This document shows positions 1-11,500 of a DNA stretch of 64,000 nt, in pieces. This DNA comes from a virus. Lineage: Duplodnaviria; Heunggongvirae; Uroviricota; Caudoviricetes. The position numbers were made by a program, and so were the translations under genes. The stretch covers positions 69,850 to 133,849 of the IMG/VR virus record IMGVR_UViG_3300014043_000003. One strand, written 5' to 3'. The notes under the pieces are model-generated. The model saw nothing but the letters and a program-made list of their open reading frames with translations. It was not told the origin of the DNA and made no database searches. Numbering within the stretch: the stretch's first letter is position 1; every line of letters begins with the position of its first letter.

Positions 1-813
1 CTTTGTGTCGAGAGCCTCATAGATGGCTCTGCTTTCGACGACATTGTGTGAGCTTGCGGTGATGTTCGTATCGGGGATCGTGCGGGTGGCCTGTGCCTCT
101 ATCGCTTCGAGCTTGAGCTTTTCGGCGCGGGTGAAGTTCTCATCCGAGAGGCCCCTTCCGACTTCCTTGTCAACCTTCGTTGCGAGGGCCGCGTGAATCG
201 CGGCACTCTCCACGGGGTTCGTGCTGCCTGAAGTTATGGCGGAGTCAATGTCGGTGTGCGTGGCTTCCGGCTCGATCGCGTCCAGCTTGGCCTTCAGCTC
301 GTCTGTGAAGTCGTTCTTTGAGAGGGCATAGCCGTCAACCTTATCGACCTTGGTTTCAAGGGCGGCATGGATGGCGGCGCTCTCTACGGGATTTGTGCTT
401 TCCGGGGTGATCTCCGAATCAATGTCGGTATGGGTAGCGTCCCACTCGATGCTTGCGAGCTTTTCGCTGTCCTCCGGCGTGTAGTAGTCATCGGTGATGA
501 CGTGGTTTTCGAGCTTGTCCTTGTGTTCATCGGTGAAATTATTGTCGGTATGGACATAATCAGCATCCCGGACAAGGTCTTCCGGGATGTTGCGGATAAA
601 GGCATCGTTTTCAGGATCTTCCTCTGTCCAGTCGGCTTGCACATTTTTGTACTTGCCTGCGCCTTCCCCAACAATAAACTCTGCGAGTCTCTGGAGTGCT
701 ACAGTTTTTCGGCTGCCGTGGCTTCGGTCGATATCTTCATCCCCGGTGAGAGTATCGGCAATGATATCAAGGTATTCTGTGTCTCGATTAAATGGCCCGG
801 AGTATTTTGCCAT
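1..813 (-). CDS. Partial repeat-rich tail/fibre protein (runs off the left edge), paralogue of 15673-17520
   Basis: Not in the ORF track. Manual translation from ATG at 813 (upstream GGAGTGA) gives MAKYSGPFNRDTEYLD... and stays open to position 1, with KVDKVDGYALSKNDFT / KVDKEVGRGLSDENFT and S(T/H)NPVES repeats. Confidence 0.8.
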   Translation of the reverse strand, partial: MAKYSGPFNRDTEYLDIIADTLTGDEDIDRSHGSRKTVALQRLAEFIVGEGAGKYKNVQADWTEEDPENDAFIRNIPEDLVRDADYVHTDNNFTDEHKDKLENHVITDDYYTPEDSEKLASIEWDATHTDIDSEITPESTNPVESAAIHAALETKVDKVDGYALSKNDFTDELKAKLDAIEPEATHTDIDSAITSGSTNPVESAAIHAALATKVDKEVGRGLSDENFTRAEKLKLEAIEAQATRTIPDTNITASSHNVVESRAIYEALDTK

Positions 814-868
814 TCGCATTCACTCCTTCCAAAGAGTTCATTTTCAGAAGTCTATCCATATGTATGTG

Positions 869-3800
869 TCAGAAACACCGGATGCTGAGTACAGTTACCG
901 TTGCCGTCGGCTTCGTCTTCGCATAAACAATGACTGCGTTCGTGGCAGTCTGGCAGACAGGCGCAAGCTCCCATTGTAGAGCATCCGCCGGGGAGAACAC
1001 CACGTCGGGGACCTGGCTTGATGTAGCTCCCGAGACCGTGATGCTTGCCTGATACCCGTAGGTAGCCTTTATATTGTTGTCTGTCGTTGCGACCCATGCT
1101 GAGGTGGCAATCGTGGTGGCCGATGACACTCGAATAGCCTTCGTGGTGAAGGTTACTGCACCGCTTGCGTTGCTGGTGATAGTCATATCTGTTCCAGGAG
1201 TGAGCTTGACACCACTGCGGTTTGTGCTGCCTTGAACGAGGTTGAGATATGTATTGCCGGTCGTTGTGGCGGCATTTGCTGTGCCTCCGCTGGCCCCGGC
1301 TCTGAGGTATACGTCGGCACCAGCAATCGTGAGAGAGCCTGCTGCTGCCGTCAGGGTGGTGTTTGTCCCTTCCTTTATGTCAAGGGTCTTCGAGCCGCTT
1401 CCGTTGTAGGTGTAGATGTCGGTGCCTTCTGTCGTTCCGGACTTGATTTTAAGGGCAAGATTGTATGAGACTCTGTTTGCCGTACCGTTGAATCGGGCTA
1501 AGCCATCAGTTCCCCTTACAAAGAAGACCCACTTACTCAGCGTGGTGTCATACATTCCAGCAGCCGATTCCAGATCTTGTATACGGAAATCTACAATGTG
1601 CGGTGCATCTTCTGACGGGTTGTTCAGAATGATTCTTGTTGTTCCTGTCTTTTGCAGAGTCAGATTTCCGGTGATCGGATTTGACGCTACTGTTCCGGTT
1701 ATCGGGACATAAGCAGTTGACTTCGTATACGCTGCAGAGTCCAGGCCCTTTACAGAAACATTGATGTTCCTGCCGTTCGTATTGACACTGATCGTGCCGT
1801 TGATCAATCCAGTTTCGATAGCGCGCACGCCGCTGTTCGTGATCGTCATGGCACCGGCGGTGGCCGCAAGAGAAACACCCTCTCCTGCGAGGAAATCCAG
1901 GTACTTTTCCGTGCCGCCATTATAGGTGTACTTGGAGGTTCCCTCTGTTGTACCCGAGCCAACAGTCAGCACAAGGCTGTTCGCAACAGAGTCTGCAGCG
2001 CCTCCCACGGTGGAACTGCCCGCATAGTAGTGCGTGTGTTCGAAGGGCGCGTAATCACCTGATTCGGTATACGCGGCAGAGCCGAGGCCGTATACGGAGA
2101 CGCTCGTGTATCTGGCCGCGTCATTGATCCTGTAGGCTATTGTGCCGTTGGTCGTTCCGGACGTGATTTCGAGCTGCCTTACGCCTGTATTGGAGAACAC
2201 GCCATTGCTGAGAGACATGCCGTCGCCGGCGGAATAGGTTGTATCCTTTGCCGCAATGGTCATCGTTCCTTCCCCGGCGGTAAGAGTCACATTGTCTCCC
2301 TGGAGGAAGTTCAGGCCTTGGGCGGCCGAGCCATCGAAGATGTATCTGCTTGTTCCGTTGGTGCTGCCGCCTTTTATTCTCAGGGTGAGGCTATGCCCGA
2401 CCTTGCCAGCAGTTGTTGCAGAGGTGGCGGTGTCTGCATTGCCTCTCAGAGAGGCGTTTCCTGCGGTATCCCAGAACAGCGGCCACTTCCTTAAAGTGAA
2501 GTCATACAGGCCGGATGTACCCACATCAGAAATGGTAAGGCCGATCTTGTGCGATGTGTATTGAGCCTGGCCCTGATCGTCCGTATACGGAATGCCGTTG
2601 TTCTCCACAGAGAAGTATGACTGCCCTTCGCGCTTGATCGAAAGGTAGTCAGTCATCGTGGCTCTTCCGGCGATGGGGACGTATTCTGTGCTGTCAAACG
2701 CCCTGCTGCCGAGGCCATGCACGGGAACAGCGGCCGCAACACCGTTTGTGGTTACATTTATGGTGCCGTTCGTGCTTCCTTCTTCAACGGCGTGAACGCC
2801 TGTGTTGGAGAAGGTCCCTCCATTGAGGGCGATTCCGCCGCCCACGGCGGAGTATATGAGAGGCTTCCAGTCCGCGTAGTTGTTGCTGGATACTCTGCGG
2901 TAGTAGACTCCGTCATCGTACTCGTTCAAGGCGAGCTGCACGCCATTACGGGCGCTATCGCCGGTCGCCGTGAGCATTACGAAGGAGTCAAAGGCGTTGG
3001 GCAGCCCTTCGGCGCCCGCCGCATATTCCTCCAGAATGTATCTGTTCTTCCCCAGAGTGGAAAGCCTCTTTGATGTCGCATTTACATAGTTGACGGAGGT
3101 ATGAAAAGCGTGGTCCTCCAGCGTGAGGCCCGTGCCGGCGGCGTACGGGGCGGTTTCCACCCAGTCGGACCATCCGGCTTCTTCGCTTCCAAGTCTCGCC
3201 CTGTAGTATCTGTAGCCGGTCTCGTAACTGATGATCTCCTGATACTCATACCCCGTCGATGTGCCATTGGAGAGGCCCACATACATGTGGAACATCACCT
3301 TGATCGGGCAGTTGTAAAGGCTTGCCGCGATCGCGTTGGTGGACGCATAGTAGTTTCCCACTGTGGTGATGCCGTCGAGATTGGCGCCTCTGGCAAGCGC
3401 GGTTCCTCCGTGCAAGGCCTTTTGATGGAGGTTATCCACGTTTTCCATGCCCACGTCCGAAAACGTAGGCTTATAGTCGGCACTGTATACGGGAATCCAG
3501 TCGCTCCACGTCCCGTTCTTTTGCGTACGGTAATACAGTCCGGGAGCTCCCGAATTTGGCGCTGATGCAATGGCGAGCTGTGAGTCTCTTGTGCCCGTCT
3601 GCTCAGTCCCGGTGTACCAGTTGAAGTGAAGAACATGGGAGTCCACAGGGGGCTTTCCGGTCTGCATAAGCGAGGATGCAAGAAAGGCGTTTAACCGGTA
3701 GGTGTTTTCGTGCATCTCATTTGCGGTGGCCGGGCGTACGGTCTTGGCTGTGAGTGCCTGCGCCGTTATGGCGGTTGCGACGTTCTTTTCGTTGTCAGGC

Positions 3801-4036
3801 GTGTTATCTGCTTTGTCGAGTCCTACGTCTGCCTTTGTGAGGGCAAGATCGGCTTTGATCGTCCTGATATCGACGACCTCGTTCGACGTACCGCCGATTA
3901 TCTTGGTCAGTCTTTTGTTTCGTGTATCATATATGACATCGGAAACAGTGGCAGTTACATCGGCCTTCTCCTCAAATTTCAGTTTGAGCTTATCCCATAA
4001 GTATTGGAGGCCGGTACTGTCAAGGTATTTCGCCAT
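869..4036 (-). CDS. Tail fibre / receptor-binding protein, 1055 aa
   Basis: N-terminal KYLDSTGLQYLWDKLK, repeated WSDW knob-like domains and G/T-rich beta repeats (GTTNGTI.V...V.V.GL.SAAY); lies in the tail module. Confidence 0.75.
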   Translation of the reverse strand: MAKYLDSTGLQYLWDKLKLKFEEKADVTATVSDVIYDTRNKRLTKIIGGTSNEVVDIRTIKADLALTKADVGLDKADNTPDNEKNVATAITAQALTAKTVRPATANEMHENTYRLNAFLASSLMQTGKPPVDSHVLHFNWYTGTEQTGTRDSQLAIASAPNSGAPGLYYRTQKNGTWSDWIPVYSADYKPTFSDVGMENVDNLHQKALHGGTALARGANLDGITTVGNYYASTNAIAASLYNCPIKVMFHMYVGLSNGTSTGYEYQEIISYETGYRYYRARLGSEEAGWSDWVETAPYAAGTGLTLEDHAFHTSVNYVNATSKRLSTLGKNRYILEEYAAGAEGLPNAFDSFVMLTATGDSARNGVQLALNEYDDGVYYRRVSSNNYADWKPLIYSAVGGGIALNGGTFSNTGVHAVEEGSTNGTINVTTNGVAAAVPVHGLGSRAFDSTEYVPIAGRATMTDYLSIKREGQSYFSVENNGIPYTDDQGQAQYTSHKIGLTISDVGTSGLYDFTLRKWPLFWDTAGNASLRGNADTATSATTAGKVGHSLTLRIKGGSTNGTSRYIFDGSAAQGLNFLQGDNVTLTAGEGTMTIAAKDTTYSAGDGMSLSNGVFSNTGVRQLEITSGTTNGTIAYRINDAARYTSVSVYGLGSAAYTESGDYAPFEHTHYYAGSSTVGGAADSVANSLVLTVGSGTTEGTSKYTYNGGTEKYLDFLAGEGVSLAATAGAMTITNSGVRAIETGLINGTISVNTNGRNINVSVKGLDSAAYTKSTAYVPITGTVASNPITGNLTLQKTGTTRIILNNPSEDAPHIVDFRIQDLESAAGMYDTTLSKWVFFVRGTDGLARFNGTANRVSYNLALKIKSGTTEGTDIYTYNGSGSKTLDIKEGTNTTLTAAAGSLTIAGADVYLRAGASGGTANAATTTGNTYLNLVQGSTNRSGVKLTPGTDMTITSNASGAVTFTTKAIRVSSATTIATSAWVATTDNNIKATYGYQASITVSGATSSQVPDVVFSPADALQWELAPVCQTATNAVIVYAKTKPTATVTVLSIRCF

Positions 4037-4061
4037 TGTCTGTTCCCCCTCTATCCGTAAC

Positions 4062-5063
4062 TTATGATCTGAGAATGTTGTCTATATCGGCATTCGTGAT
4101 GCTGTCTATGACAAAGAGTTCCCCAAGCGGGTCCCATTCGCGCCCGGAGACGAACACGTAGTTCATGCCATAGGTGCTTCCATCGTCCTTATATCTGACG
4201 TTGTAAACGTCTCCCGGAGTAGGACTCTCCACGCTGGCGAGGTCATTGACGTAATTGACGCTCCCCTTGTGGCGATACATGGTCGTGATGTCGCTCTTCT
4301 TGGCGTACGTGGACGCATCGTCGAATCCGTTGAGCTTTCTCTTGTCCGAGGCGCTCATAGCGCCCTTGTCTGACTCAGAGGCATCAGGAAGCCTTGCAAG
4401 GGGTACAGTGCCCTTGGACAGGTTCCCGGCGTCCAGATTGGTGAGATTGGCGCCAGAGCCGGTGAAGGTCTTGGCTGTCAGGCCTCCGGAGTCTTCATCC
4501 AGATAGACGCCCGTATCTGCTACGGCAGTGACCTGCTGCGCAGTGCCCGTAGGTTCTGTCGTTGTTCCGAGGAGATATGCTTTATGTGTGGCATCTCTCT
4601 TCACGGAAACATTTTCGTCCTTCGTAACCACGGCGGCCCAGGTTCCGTCGCCGCGGAGGAACTTTCCGGCATCTTCAGACTCAGGCGCAGGCACGAGGCC
4701 GCGCGCGCCGGCGGCACGGGAGGTGGCGCCCTTCATGGCCGTGTCGGGAATCGTGATGGTGCGGTCGTTCATCTGGCTTACATGCCCATTCTCGTCACTG
4801 ACGATCTGGCTGACCGTGACAGCCTCGCCGAACTGCGGAGTCTTGTTGGTCTCGGGCTTTCCGGTGTTGGCTCCATAGGTGGGATGGACGTACTGGTTTG
4901 CTCCTTCGCTGATGTTTTCAAGCTTTCTCCTGAGCTGATCAGTGAAGTCATTGGAGCTGAGGCCTTTTCCGTCCTCTTTATCGACCTTGTTGCCAAACAG
5001 CTCTTTGAGCTTGACCCACAGATACCGCAAGCCTTCGTTATTGAGATATTTTGTTTCTGCCAT
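4062..5063 (-). CDS. Tail fibre/collar-type structural protein, 333 aa
   Basis: KYLNNEGLRYLWVKLK start, KVDKEDGKGLSSNDFT repeat, C-terminal ITNADID motif. Confidence 0.65.
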   Translation of the reverse strand: MAETKYLNNEGLRYLWVKLKELFGNKVDKEDGKGLSSNDFTDQLRRKLENISEGANQYVHPTYGANTGKPETNKTPQFGEAVTVSQIVSDENGHVSQMNDRTITIPDTAMKGATSRAAGARGLVPAPESEDAGKFLRGDGTWAAVVTKDENVSVKRDATHKAYLLGTTTEPTGTAQQVTAVADTGVYLDEDSGGLTAKTFTGSGANLTNLDAGNLSKGTVPLARLPDASESDKGAMSASDKRKLNGFDDASTYAKKSDITTMYRHKGSVNYVNDLASVESPTPGDVYNVRYKDDGSTYGMNYVFVSGREWDPLGELFVIDSITNADIDNILRS

Positions 5064-5083
5064 CTTTTAACCCTCCATCCCCG

Positions 5084-5584
5084 TTAATTACGAAGAATCT
5101 CATCTATGTCTGAGTTCGTAAGCGATTGAAGACCGAGCTGTTCAAAAGTCTTGTTTCCCTCAAGCGTGATGTCCTCGATCTTCGGCCGGTTGGTGAGATT
5201 ATCATAGTTCGTCACGCCATCGCTTGCGGTCGTGTCGAGAGACCAGGCGTCAATTTCCTCAACATAGGTGAGGCGTATGATGCTTCTGGCACGAAACGTC
5301 TCTTCGGCCGGGGTGGTCCCATCCTTGAGTATTTCTTTTTCGCCGCTTCTTGTCCCACCAGCGAACGTGAGGTTAAGCGTAGGTCTTCCTATACTTGCGT
5401 AGGGAAGATAATAGAGGATCTGCTTCCCGTCACGAAGCCCGGTGTCCTCACTATTACCTTTCCACGCGCCGGAAGGACCTGCCTGTGTGCCCACGATGTA
5501 TTCGCACATGTTGTTTCTCGCAACGGCGTCCTTCACAAAAGCGACGGAGCCGTCGAGCAGCCTTACGTATGAAAAATCTGCCAC
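5084..5584 (-). CDS. Tail-associated structural protein, 166 aa
   Basis: NYDNLTNRPKI...LEGNKT motif shared with 6464-7351; C-terminal LTNSDIDEIL. Confidence 0.55.
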   Translation of the reverse strand: MADFSYVRLLDGSVAFVKDAVARNNMCEYIVGTQAGPSGAWKGNSEDTGLRDGKQILYYLPYASIGRPTLNLTFAGGTRSGEKEILKDGTTPAEETFRARSIIRLTYVEEIDAWSLDTTASDGVTNYDNLTNRPKIEDITLEGNKTFEQLGLQSLTNSDIDEILRN

Positions 5585-5600
5585 GATGATTGTTCCTTTC

Positions 5601-6443
5601 TTACTGTGAGGTTATCGTTGCAGGCGTTCCTTCAAACCTTGGTATGGATATCTCACCCTCCGGGGTGTATTCAAGCTCAACCTGGCTGCCCTGCCCAATG
5701 AATGAGCCGGACAGCTTTTGCGGCGTACCCTGAAAAACAGGGGCCGTTGAGCGTGCTTCGGTAATCCCGGTCACTACGGTCACTTCTTCGCTTCCGTATG
5801 AGGATGAGCCTGAATCGAAGGAGCCTTCGCCCCACACGAACGAAAGCCCTTCCCCTTCAAGCTGCATTGCCAGTGTGGGAAACTCACAGCTTGGGGGCCT
5901 CGTAACCCCGGTAGCCGCCACGATCGTCCTTGTCTCCGGGACAATCGTGATCGTCGGGGCAGACACAGTGCCCTCGGCTCTGAAATTATAGCTTTCGCCC
6001 TCTTCTGCTTCCTCCTGGGAAATCTCGATTCTTCCGCGGGGGATTACGCTCGCTTCCATCGTTGCGGGCTTTCCGGTGAACTGCGGCCTTGTGATAAGGC
6101 CCTCCGGGGTGTACTCAGCCTCCACAGAATCCTTATACGCAAGGGCCCTCAGAGCGCCAACAGAGCCGAATTCACGCCATGTTGTGCCGGAGTACAAAAA
6201 GACACCGCCGCGGGAGGAAACACACGTCCCTGCCGTCGCAGTGAAGTCCTGGCCGTCAATTTCGATGGGATTGACGGTTGATCCCGAAAAAATCGGTGTT
6301 GTAGTCTCGCCGACATAGGACATTGTGCCATTGACGCGGATGCTCAGGTCTGCAAGGGTTCTCCTTGCTGCCGCGTCCTTGATCTCCAAAGTCAGCTCTA
6401 AGCCGGTTTCGTCAAGAGGGATTTTAATTCTGCTCAGTTCCAT
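5601..6443 (-). CDS. Tail-associated structural protein, 280 aa
   Basis: IKDAAAR start, repeated YTPEG.I..P.F.G motif; tightly packed in the tail operon. Confidence 0.55.
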   Translation of the reverse strand: MELSRIKIPLDETGLELTLEIKDAAARRTLADLSIRVNGTMSYVGETTTPIFSGSTVNPIEIDGQDFTATAGTCVSSRGGVFLYSGTTWREFGSVGALRALAYKDSVEAEYTPEGLITRPQFTGKPATMEASVIPRGRIEISQEEAEEGESYNFRAEGTVSAPTITIVPETRTIVAATGVTRPPSCEFPTLAMQLEGEGLSFVWGEGSFDSGSSSYGSEEVTVVTGITEARSTAPVFQGTPQKLSGSFIGQGSQVELEYTPEGEISIPRFEGTPATITSQ

Positions 6444-6463
6444 GCTTTGCTCCCTCCGTTATT

Positions 6464-7351
6464 TCATTCTTCGTAGTAAAACTGGAGACATTCGTCGTCA
6501 TCGGGGTCTATGCGTGCCCGGAGACGCTTTCTGTTCCACTTCGTTCTGTCCTCCGCACTGACGAGGGCGTTGATGCTCTCCAGATAGGAGGAGATTTCCT
6601 CCTTAACGGCGGACGAATCATAGCCCACGATCTCATGCAATTCCGAAAGAGGGGTAACGCCGTCGCCGATCTTGATAGCCGGCGTATAGGTGGTGGTCCC
6701 ATCTTCGCTTGTGTGGGCGCTGTAGTCGCTTATGATGAAGATATCTCCCTCAGAAGCTATGAGGGAGGCTTGCTGGTCCCACACCTCCTTGGAGGCGTAG
6801 AAGACAGCTTTCAGGGAAAGGTCCTCCAGATCCACGTTGCCCTCAAGGGTCACGCCGTTGATCTGAGGCTTGTTCCGAAGTGCGTTATAGTTGGTCGAGG
6901 CAGTTCCGGAGCTTCCGCCGCCCGTAAACTGAAGCTCTCCAAGCTTTGTTTTTCCGTCGCCTATGCGGATGCCGGGAATCGTGATTCTCGCCCCATCGTC
7001 ATCCACATAGTCTATATAATCGCTATAGATATAGAGGGCGCCCGCGATGGAGACGCTCTCACTCAGCTCTTCCCACTTTTCCGTACTGTCATAGAAGATC
7101 GCACGGAGGCTCAGGTCCTTGAGGGAAAGATCTCCAATGATTTTGACGCCGTTTATTGTCGGCAGATTGCGCATTTTGCGGTAGTCGCCGTCAATCGTGA
7201 TAGAGGAGCCTTCACCAACACCGATTGTGAAGGCTCTCTTGCCGAGGCTTTCCATGCCGCCAGAGCCAACATCGACCTGGATCTGTTCAGCGCCGCCGAC
7301 GGAGACAAGAATATCTCCGTTGCATCCGATCTTTGATCCGATTCCGCCCAT
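6464..7351 (-). CDS. Tail-associated protein with duplicated domain, 295 aa
   Basis: Two copies of NY..L.N.P.INGV.L.G...KIGDG.T.L.EL. Confidence 0.6.
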   Translation of the reverse strand: MGGIGSKIGCNGDILVSVGGAEQIQVDVGSGGMESLGKRAFTIGVGEGSSITIDGDYRKMRNLPTINGVKIIGDLSLKDLSLRAIFYDSTEKWEELSESVSIAGALYIYSDYIDYVDDDGARITIPGIRIGDGKTKLGELQFTGGGSSGTASTNYNALRNKPQINGVTLEGNVDLEDLSLKAVFYASKEVWDQQASLIASEGDIFIISDYSAHTSEDGTTTYTPAIKIGDGVTPLSELHEIVGYDSSAVKEEISSYLESINALVSAEDRTKWNRKRLRARIDPDDDECLQFYYEE

Positions 7352-7680
7352 TATGACAACACCTCGTCATTCAGAACGGAGTCTACGCTGAAGACATGCT
7401 TCGCGCCGGCAATGGCTTCCCCGTATTTGCTGTAGGCGCGCACCTGTACTGTGAACGAGCCAAGATCAGCATCAAACAGGTTTGTCTCCTCCTGCGTAAG
7501 CTGGAGCCATGCGACATAGACGGGCTTCCCTTTCTCGGTAAACTCCTCGAACGTAAGGTCGTTCTCGGTCTTCTCCAAAATAATTTTGCCGTCTTGCACA
7601 TAGGTTACGAGAATGTGCTTGAATTCTTCCGGACTTACCGGAAACGTGAATGTGTGCTTCGGTGTGGTCGCTCTGTACAT
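7351..7680 (-). CDS. Baseplate upper (BppU-N-like) small protein
   Basis: MYRATTP.HTF...LTQEET..F...VQVR pattern typical of Bacillota phage baseplate proteins; overlaps the neighbouring start codon. Confidence 0.5.
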   Translation of the reverse strand: MYRATTPKHTFTFPVSPEEFKHILVTYVQDGKIILEKTENDLTFEEFTEKGKPVYVAWLQLTQEETNLFDADLGSFTVQVRAYSKYGEAIAGAKHVFSVDSVLNDEVLS

Positions 7681-7711
7681 GATCCAAGCACCTTCCTTTC
7701 CTCAGCGTAGT

Positions 7712-8467
7712 TTATTCTTCTTCGGGGCAGAGCTTCTTCAGAAGGGCCGTCTGGTATCTCTGCGGAATGGTCACGCCGTATTTCACGGCGGAGATAGCCG
7801 CGATGCTTTTCAGACTGTTGAGCCACTTTTTCAGGGAATTGAAGTACGCCAGATGGTAGGTCTTGTGGGCATTGGCCGCGGCGATGATCAGCGCCATCTC
7901 ATCGGCGCTGTACATGTCCGCCTCCTCGCCGTCTGCGTGGTACGGGACCTCGGTCGCACCGGCAAGGATCTCGCTCTGAATGGTCAGGAGGTTCATCTGA
8001 TCCTGCATGGTGAGGGAAAAGTTATGCTGTACCCCGTCTTTAAGCTCGATGGAGAAGCCGGCGGTAATGGCCTGATTGCAGGCAAGGCTCATTTCCCGGA
8101 TCTTCATTGCCCTAAGCTCATCAACGGTAAGCTCAGGCTCCGCGATAACGTCTTCTTCATCCTCCACCTTGAGGGGTTCAGGGTCGATGATGGGCTTGAC
8201 AATCTTGTCCGTTTTCAGTGCAGTGTCGAAAGCCTCATACTCCTCAAAGGAGATGGCTTGGACATGGCACTCTTTGTACTCAATGCCGCACGGGGGAAAA
8301 TCCTGCATCCACGGATCGTGGTAGTATCTCCCATCTATAGCGATGAGCTGAGCAGCGCTCTCGTCGCTCGTGAGCAGGATGTTATGCTTTTCCTGATACT
8401 TGCGAAGGTCTCTCGTCGTTCCGACGCCGATGACCTTCTCTTCATCGTAAATTTTGAAATATGTCAT
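7712..8467 (-). CDS. DUF4376-like tail-associated protein
   Basis: C-terminal FSLTMQDQMNL...YHADGE...HKTYHLAYFNSLK..I.YG pattern. Confidence 0.6.
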   Translation of the reverse strand: MTYFKIYDEEKVIGVGTTRDLRKYQEKHNILLTSDESAAQLIAIDGRYYHDPWMQDFPPCGIEYKECHVQAISFEEYEAFDTALKTDKIVKPIIDPEPLKVEDEEDVIAEPELTVDELRAMKIREMSLACNQAITAGFSIELKDGVQHNFSLTMQDQMNLLTIQSEILAGATEVPYHADGEEADMYSADEMALIIAAANAHKTYHLAYFNSLKKWLNSLKSIAAISAVKYGVTIPQRYQTALLKKLCPEEE

Positions 8468-8552
8468 GCGTATTGCACCTCATATATCCATGTATTTAGG
8501 GGACTGCCCATATTTGAAAGCAGTCCCCTTATCCTGTTCTGTATGCTTGGCT

Positions 8553-11500
8553 TTAGATGGAGAAGCCGAATACAAGGCCCATAGGCGGATTCCTCGGGGT
8601 GTTGTATCCGAATGTTCCGTTCGCGCCGATGTAATGGATGTATGACGTAGATGTGCTCTCGTCATAGAACGGCGTTCTGGTCCAGTACTGGCACGGGAGA
8701 ATCCACACGCCGCCGTCATAAGCACTGATGACAGCATCGTTTCCGAAGCTCGTACCGGCCGCCGTAAGGTCGTACCGGCCGATGGTGGTATGCTTGGACA
8801 CGTAGTCCGCGGACAGATACATGTACGCAGCGCCGTTGTTGGTCCTGCGCCAGATATCTCCCTGGGCAACCGTATACCGGGTGGTAAGACGTGTGGGATC
8901 GTCCGTAGAAACGATCACCTGTCTGCCCGGCGTGATGTCCTCGCGGTCTTCCTTTGGCAGGAAGAATTTCAGGCGGTCAAGATCGGTCGTGTAGTAGCTG
9001 ATCTGGCCGAGGTCGGGATTGGACAGCTCACCACTGTATGGATCTACATTGGAGTTGATGCCCAGATCGGCCAGGGCCGGGGCGTACAGATTATCCACGG
9101 TGGTGACGATCGCGCTTGACGTGCTGGACGCGATGCTCTTCATGCTCACCATCTTGAGTGCGGACTGCCATTCATAGCTGAGGCCGTTGAAGATGCGGGT
9201 ATTGTAGAACGTGCGCAATGCCGACTCATCCCAGCCTTTCAGGGAGTTGTCTCCGTTGAAGGCGCGGTACAGGGGCAGGGCTTCGTTGGAGATGAAGGTC
9301 ATCGACGTTCTTCCGCCGTCCGCCCTTGCGTTGATGTTCGTGCCGCAGAATTCCACCCTATGCGTGATATGGGGCCAGGAGGCGAGCTTCATGCACACCT
9401 CTTTGCCCAGATCATCGTGCCAGATCTTGCACCAGTACACCCAGCCCTTCGCGTAGTTCTCATAGCTGTTTCCGTACTTCTTGGCGCCGAAGGTGATGAT
9501 CTCGTCGGTGACAGGGACCTTCGGGCCGATCAGCTCGTCTTCCGTGATGGCATCATCATAGACACCATTGCCGAGGTTGAAGGTATACAGGACGATGTTC
9601 TGAGATCCCTTCTTGTGGCGGAGAACAATGATCGTGCGCTCGCTGGCATTGCCCGCGGGTCTTGTCGTGCTGCCCTGCCAGGTCAGCTTCGGGCCGCCGT
9701 TCGTATAGTGGAGGAACATGCCGTCGCTTTCTCTGCTGGTATCGCAGCAGGAGAACAGCGTAGCCCTCGCATTGTTCGTGCTCTGCATCTCAAAATCGAG
9801 GGCTATGGTGTAGGCCGGGGAGTCTTCTCCGAAGAGCTTGATGTTCTTCGTTACATATTTGCTGCCGCCGAAGTATTCGTTCTCCAGCAGAAGCTCAGAT
9901 TCCACATTGCTGAAATTGAAGTCGCTGCCGAGCTGAATGTCCTTCGTGTCCTTGACATCGAAGTAGGTGGAGGCCTTCTTGTCTGCGCTTACGGCGTAGA
10001 GTTCGGCCGGGGTCATGTCATTGAGGGTCTTGTCAGTGCTGGGGAGGCCGTCCTGGACTGCCCACACGGCGTACACCTTCATGTTCTCTTTGACACTTCC
10101 GGTGGACTTGTCCCACCCTGCGAACAGGCGGTAGTTCAGGGTGGCTTCGCTGGACGTATCGGTAGGACGCTCCTTGTCATAGTTTGCCTCAGTGCCATAC
10201 TGGACAGTCTTGGTGCAGCGCGGCTCAATATCGCTCTTATGCAAATACCATTCGACGGTATAGCTCCTTATGGAGGAGGTATAGATCGCCGTTACGGTCT
10301 TCTCCGCAATGACGGTTCCGGGAAGGTTCTCCCAACTATCGAACGTGTAATCATACTGCTCATCGCTGGCCTTGGTCGGGGTATCAATGAGGCCGGCGGC
10401 AATAGGATCACTTGCAACAGAGCCGCGGTCCACGAGCATCCTGTACAGCTCCGTGCCGTCGTCGTTGACGAAGTACACATAGTATTGAGGGACAAGCTCT
10501 CCTGAATATGTGACATTGAGGTTCGGCCAATGCTCGGCGTACTGATTGAGTTCCTGCTGACGGACAGGTCCATTCACGACCACGTCGCCGGCAAGGACGG
10601 ACGTTGTCGTGTTGCTGCCGTTCTCATCCAGACCGGAGAGGGTAAGCAGGCGGTTCAGGAGCGTGGTGTCCGTAACGGTCCAGTCCACGCCAAGCAGGCG
10701 CAGACGGTTCAGGTTGTAGGCGTTCTCAATCAGCGATCTGGTGTTGAGGTTCTCGCAGTTTTCCAGACGCCAGCTCAGGAGCTTGCTGTAGTCGCTGATG
10801 ACAAGGCCGCTGTTCTCCAAAGCATGGAGGCCGATCATCGTAAGGGATGTAGGCGCCTCGATATACGCGGTGCGCAGCAGGCCGCCGGTCGCAAAGTCAT
10901 AGCTGGTGAAGCTGGAGCCGCTGGCATCCAGAGTCAGCAGGGAAACACACTTGCTGAGGTTCAGGCCGTTGGTGATATAGGCGAGATTCTGCAGATACAG
11001 GTGTTCCAGCATCGGGTTATTGCCGATGGAGATGGATTCGAGGTTCGAGTTTGCATATCCCGGAGTTGTGGAGCCTACTGTCAGTTGGCGAAGCCTTGTT
11101 GCATTGGACATGTTGACAGTGCCGGGATACAGGCGGGACATGTCGCCGATCTCCTGAATCATCTGTGCGCTGTAGATGTTGATAACCGTATCGTTCAACT
11201 TCTCCTGTGCAGAGAAGTCCACCGTATACGGAACACCGCGCTCAGCTTTCATCCGGTAGCTGGTTGAGTCAACCTTCACATTGATGTAGCACTTGTTGTA
11301 CATCTTCAGCTTGATCTCCGCCTTCGGCTTCAGGTTCTCCCAGTTGGCGGCAGAGGCCTCATCCCAAGGCTGCGTCGGATAGTAGCCGCGGAAGTTGACA
11401 TTGTTGGATGTTGCGGATGTACCGACATACTTGGAGGAATCATAGATTTCCTCAAAATACTCGTAGTGCCATCTCTGGTGTGTCTTCTGGCCGCCGTCAA

